From Bacteroidales bacterium (lineage in GTDB: Bacteria > Bacteroidota > Bacteroidia > Bacteroidales > UBA7960), in assembly GCA_041686485.1 (NCBI GenBank), contig JAWLDT010000005.1:22052-67524 (forward strand): DNA of 45,473 nt. Direction: 5' to 3'. Both the position numbers and the translations under genes were made by a program. The notes below the pieces were generated by a model, which worked only from the letters and a program-made list of their open reading frames with translations, had not been told where the DNA came from and made no database searches. Positions 37,515 through 45,473 of this stretch are shown in pieces. Every line of letters begins with the position of its first letter. Within the stretch, counting starts at the first letter, position 1.

Positions 37515-40463
37515 TTATCTATTGCCTGACGCAGGTTGCCAGGGTATGGTAAAAAAGAAAATGCTTCCTTTCCCCGGTTTCGATTCAAACCAGATCTCAC
37601 CACCCAGCAATTCCACGAATGCTTTGGAAATGGATAACCCAAGGCCAACACCCGAAGCATCCCTGGCGGGTTGATCCCTGCCTTGTTTAAAACGCTCAAA
37701 GATCAAATCCTGTTCATGGGTTGGAATGCCCCATCCTGTATCTGCCACGTTAAACAGCAGCATGTTATCTTTTAACCGACACCCGAACTCTACATGGCCT
37801 TCGTCTGTGAACTTAATGGCATTTTCAGCCAGGTTGGTGATGATCTGCGTAAGCTTGGTCGGATCGGTTACGATAGCAGCCTCATCTTTCTTTAGCATCA
37901 GGATGTAACGAAACTTTAGCCCTTTTGCTTCAGCCTGTTGCTCCAACTGATAGTAGACGGAGCTCATCAGCTGTTCCAGGTTAACCTGCTTCTCCTGCTT
38001 TTCTACTGCGCCCGTTTCGATGCTTGACATGTTGATGATGTCTTCAATGATTGACAGGAGCTGATTGCCACTCTGAAAAATGATGCCGGTGATGTGCTTC
38101 ATTTTCTCCCGGTCAACCAGTCCTTCGTGTAACAGCTCTGAAAAGCCCAGGATGGAGTTTAACGGGGTTCTGATTTCGTGAGACAGATTGTTGAGAAAAG
38201 CCGTTTTTAACCGGTCACTCTTTTGTGCCTCTAATTTGGCTTCATTCAGGGCTTCAACATAACGCTGCAGTCCGATGGCACTGCTCACCTGGCTGGCGAC
38301 AAACTCCAGCAATTTAAGGCCTTTCCGGGTATACGCATTCGGGTCGTTATAACTCTGAACCACAATGGCGCCAATGGTTTTTCCTTCAGTAACCAGGGGT
38401 ACGCCCATCCAGATCTCACACAGACTGCCAATCTGCTCAATACTGCCTTCATCAATAAGCTTGTTGATTTCGGACTTTGTTAAAAGTAATGATGTTTGTT
38501 TGTTTATCACATGTCCTGTCATACTGCCTGCCACAGGCCATTCCTCTATATTGTCTTTTTCGTCCTTTTCATAGGGTATGGACAACATACCGGTTTCTTC
38601 TTCATACAAAGCAATATAAAAGTTGCTGGTGTCAATGAGCCTGGATAACTCCTCTTTAATTTTTCTGATAAAGGTTTCCAGGTCCCGGGTAATCAGACTG
38701 GCACTGGCAATGCTATAAATCACCTGCTGGGCCAATTCGTGCTGTTTTTTTTCGGTCAGGTCTCTGACTATAGACAGAAACACCTTTTCACCTTCTATTT
38801 CCATGGGGCTCAGACTTACCTCTGTATAGACAGGTGTGTCATCTTTCGTATTGTGGAGCCATTCAAAAGTACCATATCCTTTGGCTGCTTCGTCTATGTG
38901 ATGATCGGCGGCCGACTTTGAGTCTGTGCCATCGGGTTGTATATCCGGTGAGAGCTCATGCGGCTCCCTGCCGATTATTTCGTTACAGGAACGCTGAAAC
39001 AACCGTTCTGCTTCGCTGTTGCAATCTATAAAACGGCCATTGGCCAAAATCAGGATGGCGTCTGAGGCGTTTTCAAACAAAGCCCTGTATTTTTGCTCAC
39101 TTTGACGTAACACCTCCCGTTGCCGGTATTGTTCGGTCACATCACGAAACACAACCACGGCGCCCACAATTTCATCCCTGGTATTTCTTATGGGTGCCGC
39201 GGAATCAGCGACCTGGTGTTTTTGTCCGTCTTTGTCAACCAGGATCGTGTTATTGCCCATGAAAACAGTTTGCTCTGTTTCAAGAGCCTTTTTGGCCGGA
39301 TCTTCGGCTTCTTCGTCAGAATCCCCGCAGTATATTTTCAGGACTTCCGGCAGGGGTTTTCCCAATACCTCCGATAACTTATAGCCGGTTAGCTTTTCAG
39401 CAACGGGATTCATTCGTTCTATTTTCTCATCCTTGTCCACGGCGATCATGCCATCACCCACAGACTGTAAGGTGATGTATAGATTCTCCCGGCTCTGCTG
39501 AAGTGCTTCTGTAGTTTTTTCCCGTTGTATCCATAACCCAACCAGGTGGGCCACATTCGCAAGCATGTTTTGTTCCTGCTCATCAAAATCAACATCTGTC
39601 GTAGTATAAAATATACTTATATTCCCCGTTGATTTTCCATCAATAATGATATCCGAATAAATAACCGGTTTTCCTGCCGGTACAGACCTGTTCCCGGGGT
39701 ATGACTGGTCATTAAGGATGATCCTGGCTTTAGCAAGCTCCGGAAACCGCATGTTCTGCTCTATCTGTTCGATTACATAAGAAAAGAAATCCCCTGAAGA
39801 CATGTTTGTTTGCATAACCTGACTGATGTTGGTCAGACATTTCATCTCCTTCAGTCGTTCTTTCAGCATCAGTGCTGTTTCGCGTTGCTTTTTGTCTGCT
39901 TCAATGTTGTAAAGGCCAAAAGCCAGATCATTGGCCAGCTCTTTGAAAAGCTCATTTTCTTCTTCAAGCCTGGCATACTCCTGGGGGGCAGAAACGACAA
40001 TTACGCCATACAGGGTTCCCTGATAGGCGATTGCACTGCACAAGCCGGATCTGTTCTGGTAGTTGCCTAAAAGTGGGCAGTCCGGGCAGTCAATAGGTGG
40101 AGTGTCTTTTACCACGAAACGAGTGTCTGCTATGGCTTCCTGCATACATGGCGGGTAATCTCCTGACTGTACTTGCTGCACAAGGGCTTCAGAGCGTTCC
40201 TCCAATCCTGAAGAGGCGAAGGCCGCCAGGTTGTGCTGGTTGTCGAGCAAGGCAATCCACACGTTGTAATACCCGAGTGCATTTTGCAGCGTTTTACAGG
40301 TTTTTTCTATAAGTGCTTTCTGATCCCGCTCATGGGCGATCAACTGATTCACATTGCGGATACCAATCAAAACATTTTTCAGGTGCTGCTCCTTGTTTAA
40401 GGTTTCTCTCACATCCTGATCGCTGGTATTTCCCTGCTTCTGCGTAAAATTGTTATCAGTCAT
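37515..40463 (-). CDS. Soluble multi-sensor histidine kinase (GAF, GAF-like, PAS, PAS, GAF, HisKA, HATPase)
   Basis: H-box LSHEIRTPL, N-box NLAENAIKFT, DTGWGI, GVGLGL; PAS signatures (SVGDGMIAVD...VFRDVTE; ENASDAI...VRDLTE); no TM, no receiver; start set to ATG 40463. Confidence 0.9.
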   Translation of the reverse strand: MTDNNFTQKQGNTSDQDVRETLNKEQHLKNVLIGIRNVNQLIAHERDQKALIEKTCKTLQNALGYYNVWIALLDNQHNLAAFASSGLEERSEALVQQVQSGDYPPCMQEAIADTRFVVKDTPPIDCPDCPLLGNYQNRSGLCSAIAYQGTLYGVIVVSAPQEYARLEEENELFKELANDLAFGLYNIEADKKQRETALMLKERLKEMKCLTNISQVMQTNMSSGDFFSYVIEQIEQNMRFPELAKARIILNDQSYPGNRSVPAGKPVIYSDIIIDGKSTGNISIFYTTTDVDFDEQEQNMLANVAHLVGLWIQREKTTEALQQSRENLYITLQSVGDGMIAVDKDEKIERMNPVAEKLTGYKLSEVLGKPLPEVLKIYCGDSDEEAEDPAKKALETEQTVFMGNNTILVDKDGQKHQVADSAAPIRNTRDEIVGAVVVFRDVTEQYRQREVLRQSEQKYRALFENASDAILILANGRFIDCNSEAERLFQRSCNEIIGREPHELSPDIQPDGTDSKSAADHHIDEAAKGYGTFEWLHNTKDDTPVYTEVSLSPMEIEGEKVFLSIVRDLTEKKQHELAQQVIYSIASASLITRDLETFIRKIKEELSRLIDTSNFYIALYEEETGMLSIPYEKDEKDNIEEWPVAGSMTGHVINKQTSLLLTKSEINKLIDEGSIEQIGSLCEIWMGVPLVTEGKTIGAIVVQSYNDPNAYTRKGLKLLEFVASQVSSAIGLQRYVEALNEAKLEAQKSDRLKTAFLNNLSHEIRTPLNSILGFSELLHEGLVDREKMKHITGIIFQSGNQLLSIIEDIINMSSIETGAVEKQEKQVNLEQLMSSVYYQLEQQAEAKGLKFRYILMLKKDEAAIVTDPTKLTQIITNLAENAIKFTDEGHVEFGCRLKDNMLLFNVADTGWGIPTHEQDLIFERFKQGRDQPARDASGVGLGLSISKAFVELLGGEIWFESKPGKGSIFFFTIPWQPASGNR

Positions 40464-40476
40464 CTGGTAACGTGTA

Positions 40477-41673
40477 TTATGTATCTGTTTTTGTATGATT
40501 GTCTGCAGGCAGAAAGATTGTAAAACGGGACCCTTCATTGATGCTGCTGCTGACCTCTATCCAGCCCCCATGTTCTTCTACGATCTTTTTGCTGATGGCC
40601 AGGCCAAGCCCTGTACTTGACTCCCCGGCTGTCGGCGTCGTGCTGGATTTATGAAAGGGCTGAAATATATTCGGTAACTCTTCTTCTTTGATGCCCGCTC
40701 CCTGATCAATAACGGATGTCACAGCCTTGCCGTTTTCATCCTTTGTGACCCGGATGGTGATGTAACTATTCTTAAAAGAATACTTAATCGCATTGCTGAG
40801 TAAATTATTCAGGACCTGTTCGATCTTGTTCTTATCAAATGCAAAATGCCATGAAGGGATGTCGGTTTCTATCCGGATGTTGATGTTTTTGTACCGGGCC
40901 ACCATCTGATTAAACTCCACTGTTTTTTGAACCAGTGTAATATAGTCATTATTGGTCAGGTTAAGCTCAACATCACCGGCTTCTATTTTGGAGATGTCAA
41001 GCAGTTCTGACATAAGTTTTAGGGCGAAACGCAGTCTTTCTTCAATGGTTTTCAGAAATGTTTTCCTTTGGCTGCCGGAAAAACTGTCTGGGTCGTTATT
41101 CAGGATGTCGGCGTATGAAATGGCAGTTGCAATCGGATTTCGCAGGTCATGCGCCGCCATATTCATAAACTTGTTCTTCTCTTCATTGAGTATACCAAGT
41201 TGTTCATTGGCTTTCTTCAGGTCGTAAAGCGTATGTTCAAGCAGGATCTTGTCTTTTGTGAGTTGCCTTTGCAGGTTGCTCGTTTCCCTGTTCAGGTCTG
41301 ACAACCGTTGATTTTGTTTGATGATGCGTTCCAGGTCAACTTCACCGGTAACCAGCATCTGATCCCCATCTTTGAAAACTTTTGCGTTGATGGTTGTATT
41401 GATACCTGTAACGCTGCCGATGGTCATAAACCCTTCGAATAAGGGCTCTGTCCGGCTATTCCCTCCCTCAGATAACTGTACTAATTTCTCAAATGCCGGA
41501 TTTATAAGGCTATCAGCCGGAGTTGTCTGTGCCAGTTGATGAAAAGCTTTATTCCCAAATAACAGGGAGCGTTCAGGGATCGAAAAAACAGCAATACAAA
41601 GGGCATTACTTGCCAGCGCAGCCGATTCAATAATGTCCAGCCAGGAGGAAACTGTATTTTTTTTGTTATTCAT
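40477..41673 (-). CDS. Soluble histidine kinase with uncharacterised PAS-like N-terminal domain and coiled coil
   Basis: H-box AAHDLRNP, NLLSNAIKYS, DQGAGI, TGLGL; ATG at 41673 overlaps the upstream stop (ATGAATAA). Confidence 0.9.
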   Translation of the reverse strand: MNNKKNTVSSWLDIIESAALASNALCIAVFSIPERSLLFGNKAFHQLAQTTPADSLINPAFEKLVQLSEGGNSRTEPLFEGFMTIGSVTGINTTINAKVFKDGDQMLVTGEVDLERIIKQNQRLSDLNRETSNLQRQLTKDKILLEHTLYDLKKANEQLGILNEEKNKFMNMAAHDLRNPIATAISYADILNNDPDSFSGSQRKTFLKTIEERLRFALKLMSELLDISKIEAGDVELNLTNNDYITLVQKTVEFNQMVARYKNINIRIETDIPSWHFAFDKNKIEQVLNNLLSNAIKYSFKNSYITIRVTKDENGKAVTSVIDQGAGIKEEELPNIFQPFHKSSTTPTAGESSTGLGLAISKKIVEEHGGWIEVSSSINEGSRFTIFLPADNHTKTDT

Positions 41674-42322
41674 CGGTAACTTGGTCAATATGGGAGGCTA
41701 GTTCCTGAAGGTTTGCGATGTAGGTGGTCCGGGGAAATTGTTTTGTGATTTCCTGACCTCCATGCAGGAAAGCCTGTCCCCCGACCAGTACCGGAAGGGT
41801 AAAATGTTGGTGAATTGCTTTCAGCATCTTTTCCATGATGGGCATGTGCGCATGGATGCTTGCTGAGAGGGCAATCATGTCGGGTTGTTTTTCTTTTGTG
41901 AATCGAATGAGGTCATCCACCGGTATGTTGGCTCCCGGGAACCAGGTGTCCCAGCCTTTCATCTCAAACACATCGGCCACCATCTTAATACCAACCTGAT
42001 GCTGTTCTGTTTCCACACAACCCAAAACGACGTTGTAAGGTTTGCGGGTTCGGGATACGATTTTGTAGTAGAGCTCATTCATGATGGCTTCGGTAATGGA
42101 TGTGGCCACATGCTCCTCTGCTACGGTAATCTCATTATTTTCCCAAAGCTCACCAATACGGTACAAGGTTGTTTTTAAGGATTGCTCATAGATATCCATG
42201 ACAGGGATGTTCTTGTTGGTCATGTCGTGGATAACACCTGATGCTGCCTGTCTGTTCCCTTCCAAAAGGTAATGCAGAAGCTCCTGATTGGCGGTGGATG
42301 TAGTTGTTGGTTTTGCTGGCAT
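41666..42322 (-). CDS. Stand-alone cobalamin-binding protein (four-helix cap plus Rossmann domain) with CarH-type signature
   Basis: WENNEITVAEEH = Wx9EH; EQHQVG-x41-SAS-x25-GG; no HTH. Confidence 0.9.
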   Translation of the reverse strand: MPAKPTTTSTANQELLHYLLEGNRQAASGVIHDMTNKNIPVMDIYEQSLKTTLYRIGELWENNEITVAEEHVATSITEAIMNELYYKIVSRTRKPYNVVLGCVETEQHQVGIKMVADVFEMKGWDTWFPGANIPVDDLIRFTKEKQPDMIALSASIHAHMPIMEKMLKAIHQHFTLPVLVGGQAFLHGGQEITKQFPRTTYIANLQELASHIDQVTDE

Positions 42323-42399
42323 AGACTATCCCTCCCAATAATTAGTTAGTGGTATTTTTTATTCCTCACAAGGATACAATCAAGAATAAAGGTACGTAA

Positions 42400-43878
42400 T
42401 TATTTTGTTATTTCCCAACTGGCACCGTCTTTTCCATCTTTAACGGTGATGTTCAGCTTTTGCAGGGAGTCACGTAATTTGTCAGCTGTGTCCCAGTCCT
42501 TGTTTTTGCGCGCCTGTTGCCTGATATCGAGCAGGATGCTCATCAGGCCGTTGATCAGCTCTTGATCATTATCTGATGGTCCGTTCTCCGGCTCACCCAG
42601 GCCAAAAATATCGATTACAAACGTTTTGAAAACCTGTTTCAGGTTGTCGATGCTTTCCTGTGTAAGGGACTCATGGCCATCTTTTACGGCATTGATCGTG
42701 CGTATTGTATCGAACAGGTACGAAAGGGTTACGGGGCTGTTGAAATCGTCATTCAGGGCCGCATAACATTTGTCGGCCAGTGATGCCACATCTGTATCGG
42801 AGGCGTTACCAGCCGGCAGATTATTCAGGGTGTCCATGGCTTGCCACAGCCGTTTCAGGCCTTTTTCTGCTGCTTCCAGTGCTTCATTGCTGAAGTCGAG
42901 GGTGCTGCGGTAGTGTGCCTGAAGGATGAAAAAGCGAATGGTTAGGGGATGAAAGGCTCTTTCCAGCTTCTGGTGATTGCCGTTAAAAAATTCGCGCAGC
43001 GTAATAAAATTGCCCAGCGACTTGCCCATCTTTTGCCCTTCGATGGTGATCATGTTGTTATGCATCCAATACTGTGCGGAATCTTTTCCGAAGGTTGCAT
43101 TTGACTGGGCTATCTCGCATTCGTGGTGGGGAAACAGCAGATCCATCCCGCCACCATGGATGTCGAAAGTTTCACCGAGGTAGCGGGCACTCATGGCGGA
43201 GCATTCCAGGTGCCAGCCCGGGAATCCCTCTCCCCACGGTGAAGGCCAGCGCATGATGTGGGCAGGCGTGGCTTTCTTCCATAAGGCAAAATCAGCCGGA
43301 TGCCGTTTCTCCTCCTGTCCGTCCAGGTCACGCGTAGATGACAACATCTCCTCCACAGACCTGCCGCTTAGCTTCCCGTAGTGAAATTGCTGGTTGTATT
43401 TCTGAACATCAAAATAGACAGAGCCATTTATTTCGTAGGCAAACCCCGCTTCCAGGATGGCCTTCACCATCTCGATCTGTTCAATGATATGACCCGAAGC
43501 CCGTGGTTCAATAGATGGTTTTAGCACATGCATCTTCTCCATGTCCGCATGATAGCGGTCTGAATAATACTGAACTACCTCCATGGGTTCCAGCTGCTCA
43601 ATCCGGGCTTTTTTTGCTATCTTATCCTCTCCTTCATCCGCATCGCTTTCGAGATGCCCTACATCGGTAATGTTGCGCACATAACGAACTTTATACCCCA
43701 GATGCCGGAGGTACCGAAACACCAGATCGAAGGTTACGGCTGGCCGCGCGTGGCCCAGGTGGGCATCCCCATAAACGGTCGGTCCGCAAACGTAGAGTCC
43801 GGTAAAAGGCGGATTAAGAGGCCTGAACGTTTCCTTTTTGCGCGTCAGGGAGTTATATATGTGTAGTTCAGTTGCCAT
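42400..43878 (-). CDS. cysS: Cysteine--tRNA ligase
   Basis: [34 protein letters not shown]. Confidence 0.98.
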   Translation of the reverse strand: MATELHIYNSLTRKKETFRPLNPPFTGLYVCGPTVYGDAHLGHARPAVTFDLVFRYLRHLGYKVRYVRNITDVGHLESDADEGEDKIAKKARIEQLEPMEVVQYYSDRYHADMEKMHVLKPSIEPRASGHIIEQIEMVKAILEAGFAYEINGSVYFDVQKYNQQFHYGKLSGRSVEEMLSSTRDLDGQEEKRHPADFALWKKATPAHIMRWPSPWGEGFPGWHLECSAMSARYLGETFDIHGGGMDLLFPHHECEIAQSNATFGKDSAQYWMHNNMITIEGQKMGKSLGNFITLREFFNGNHQKLERAFHPLTIRFFILQAHYRSTLDFSNEALEAAEKGLKRLWQAMDTLNNLPAGNASDTDVASLADKCYAALNDDFNSPVTLSYLFDTIRTINAVKDGHESLTQESIDNLKQVFKTFVIDIFGLGEPENGPSDNDQELINGLMSILLDIRQQARKNKDWDTADKLRDSLQKLNITVKDGKDGASWEITK

Positions 43879-43899
43879 CGCGGTATCATGTTAATATTG

Positions 43900-43907
43900 C
43901 AAAAGTA
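43900..43907 (-). promoter_or_regulatory. -7 element for cysS
   Basis: Minus strand TACTTTTG 21 nt upstream of the start. Confidence 0.55.
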
Positions 43908-43991
43908 AAAAAAATACAAACCTGTTCCATCCGTGGGTGGGTTTCAGCTTTAAGCGACAGCGATGGTTAATGGGAAAGGTGCCGCTTGCAT

Positions 43992-44759
43992 TTATGGTGT
44001 TGCTTCCCATTTTTCCAGCGCTTCTTTGGCCGTTTTGTATCCAATATCAAACACTGCTCTGGCACGTGACAGGTCCATGATCCCATAGTGCTGTACCTCT
44101 TCGGGTTCGATATACAGGTCGCACTTGTCTTTACGGCTGCGCGCATGGTTTCTCATGGTAAGATGAAAGGAACGGATAGCGATCTTTCTCAGGCTGTCGA
44201 TATTGTCTTCCCTGCCCAAAGGATTCACATTGATACCAATGATTTTTTCACAGTTACCAACCAGCGGCTCAACCGGGAAGTTGTTAACAATTCCTCCGTC
44301 AAGATACTGGTAGCCATTGATGTTTACCGGAGGGAAAAATACAGGTATGGATGAGGAGGCTTTAACGGCTTCGATCAGATCGCCCTCTTTAAACCGGGTA
44401 TATTCAGCCGTGTTGATGTTTACGGCATGAACGATAAGTGGAATCTGCAAATCTTCAAAGCGTTTGGCATGCAGGCTTTTGTTGAGTGTTCGTTCAAACC
44501 CTGACATTCTTACCAGGCCCATCCTTGGAATAATGAGCCTGACAAATTTTAACAGATTCTTGCTGACGATAGCATTCAGTGCTGTTTCGGCATCGTTGCC
44601 GTCGGCATACAAAGCTCCGACAATGGCACCCGCACTTACGCCAGAAATAATATCCGGCTTGATATCATGTTCCTCCATCGCTTTAAGCGCCCCTAAGTGA
44701 GCAAAGCCCCTTGTGCCGCCCCCACTTAGGACCAGTCCGTATTTGTATTTTTTTCCCAT
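43992..44759 (-). CDS. Patatin-like phospholipase
   Basis: LSGGGTRG, GVSAG, LDGG. Confidence 0.93.
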   Translation of the reverse strand: MGKKYKYGLVLSGGGTRGFAHLGALKAMEEHDIKPDIISGVSAGAIVGALYADGNDAETALNAIVSKNLLKFVRLIIPRMGLVRMSGFERTLNKSLHAKRFEDLQIPLIVHAVNINTAEYTRFKEGDLIEAVKASSSIPVFFPPVNINGYQYLDGGIVNNFPVEPLVGNCEKIIGINVNPLGREDNIDSLRKIAIRSFHLTMRNHARSRKDKCDLYIEPEEVQHYGIMDLSRARAVFDIGYKTAKEALEKWEATP

Positions 44760-44780
44760 AAATTAGAGATTAGATGTTAG

Positions 44781-44860
44781 ATGTTAGTCACCATATGGGC
44801 TCAGGCCCATAATATAAGGCAAGATAATTAATTTTTATGTGATTCAAAAAAGCTGGAAGC
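44781..44860. repeat. 80-bp dispersed intergenic element, copy B
   Basis: 68/80 identity to 32290-32369. Confidence 0.85.
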
Positions 44861-44910
44861 TCGAAGCTGGAAGCTGGAAGGAAGAAAGAAAGAAGCTCGA
44901 AGCTCAAAGC
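44850..44910 (-). repeat. Heptamer array CT(G/C)GAAG, reverse complement of the 14.9 kb array
   Basis: 44850-44888 matches the reverse complement of 14882-14920 at 38/39 positions. Confidence 0.85.
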
Positions 44911-45256
44911 AGGAACTCCGTAGGAAGAGATCGATCACCCATGGGGTCATGCTCATATTATTCTTATAGACAACAGGTTGTTGCGTTGTTGCATAGTTCA
45001 TTTATAGGACCTTTGGGGTTCATGTTTTCTTTTTTGTGATGGACTTTTTGACCATGCGACCATGCGACCTTTCTTTTTGCAAAAAGCTTGCGGCCAAAGC
45101 TCCCCGCTCTATTTACGCGTTAAAAACAGGCAACACAAATGATTCATACAAATATATCATTATTCAAAATGTATATTACAAATAGGTTTTGGACTTTGCA
45201 CACATTGCTTAATTGCGTTATTTTTATTAATTTTGTTTGTCTTAAAGATACGAAAA

Positions 45257-45473
45257 ATGAAAGCCAAGTGGACATACACATTTTTTCTGGCAGCAGCCAT
45301 GTTGCTGATCCTGCCTGCCAGTTCGTTCGCACAGGGTGAAGAGAATGATTCAAAATTTGCAGAAAGCAACGGACAGGCACTTTTATCTCCGCGTTTTATG
45401 CTGGGCACGGGAACAAGCTTCTCAACAGGCGGTAGTGCCTTTACTATGTTTTCCAATTGGGTGACACCGCGTC
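45257..45473 (+). CDS. Partial exported protein, runs off the window end (not in the ORF track)
   Basis: Open frame MKAKWTYTFFLAAAMLLILPASSFAQ... with Sec signal peptide and cleavage before Gln. Confidence 0.7.
   Translation, partial: MKAKWTYTFFLAAAMLLILPASSFAQGEENDSKFAESNGQALLSPRFMLGTGTSFSTGGSAFTMFSNWVTPR

Noticed and set aside
40464-40538. Upstream ATG giving a 62-nt overlap between the two kinases
   Set aside because: ATG at 40463 gives a normal 13-nt gap, and the extra 25 residues look non-functional
41666-42322. Corrinoid protein of a methyltransferase system or methionine synthase fragment
   Set aside because: Has ExH rather than DxH plus Wx9EH, and neighbours are kinases, not methyltransferases or an activator; not formally excluded without biochemistry
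42323-42399. Cobalamin riboswitch upstream of the B12-binding gene
   Set aside because: The gap is only 77 nt, AT-rich, and lacks a B12-box

Overview
A 45.5 kb chromosomal stretch from a Bacteroidota organism, probably Bacteroidales. Support: TAnnTTTG -7 promoters, gldD/gldE, a T9SS C-terminal-domain protein, DUF5686-like and GIN-domain proteins. Its exported proteins are strongly acidic, which suggests a saline or soda habitat. Most content is housekeeping or envelope: WtpBC/ModBC-type oxyanion ABC transporter, alkaline phosphatase, sppA, folK, deoxynucleoside kinase, tRNA-Glu-rpsT-tRNA-Glu-radC, deacetylase-GNAT-upp, pyk, gldDE, queD, yebC, a large GH13, cysS and a patatin. The best candidate for an undescribed system is at 37.5-42.3 kb: a stand-alone cobalamin-binding protein carrying the complete CarH-type Wx9EH and ExHxxG-x41-SxS-x25-GG signature but no DNA-binding domain. 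It overlaps the start of a soluble histidine kinase, which is followed by a second soluble GAF/PAS kinase with a Cys-rich GAF, giving a putative B12 (light or cofactor-state) phosphorelay. Secondary signals are composite intergenic repeats (an 80-bp element in two copies upstream of unrelated genes, 7/8/9-mer tandem arrays, REP-like hairpins, an inverted pair flanking a three-gene block), a two-hairpin candidate RNA, and two paralogous HDHRH-motif lipoproteins. All family assignments come from reading motifs by eye; no database search was run.
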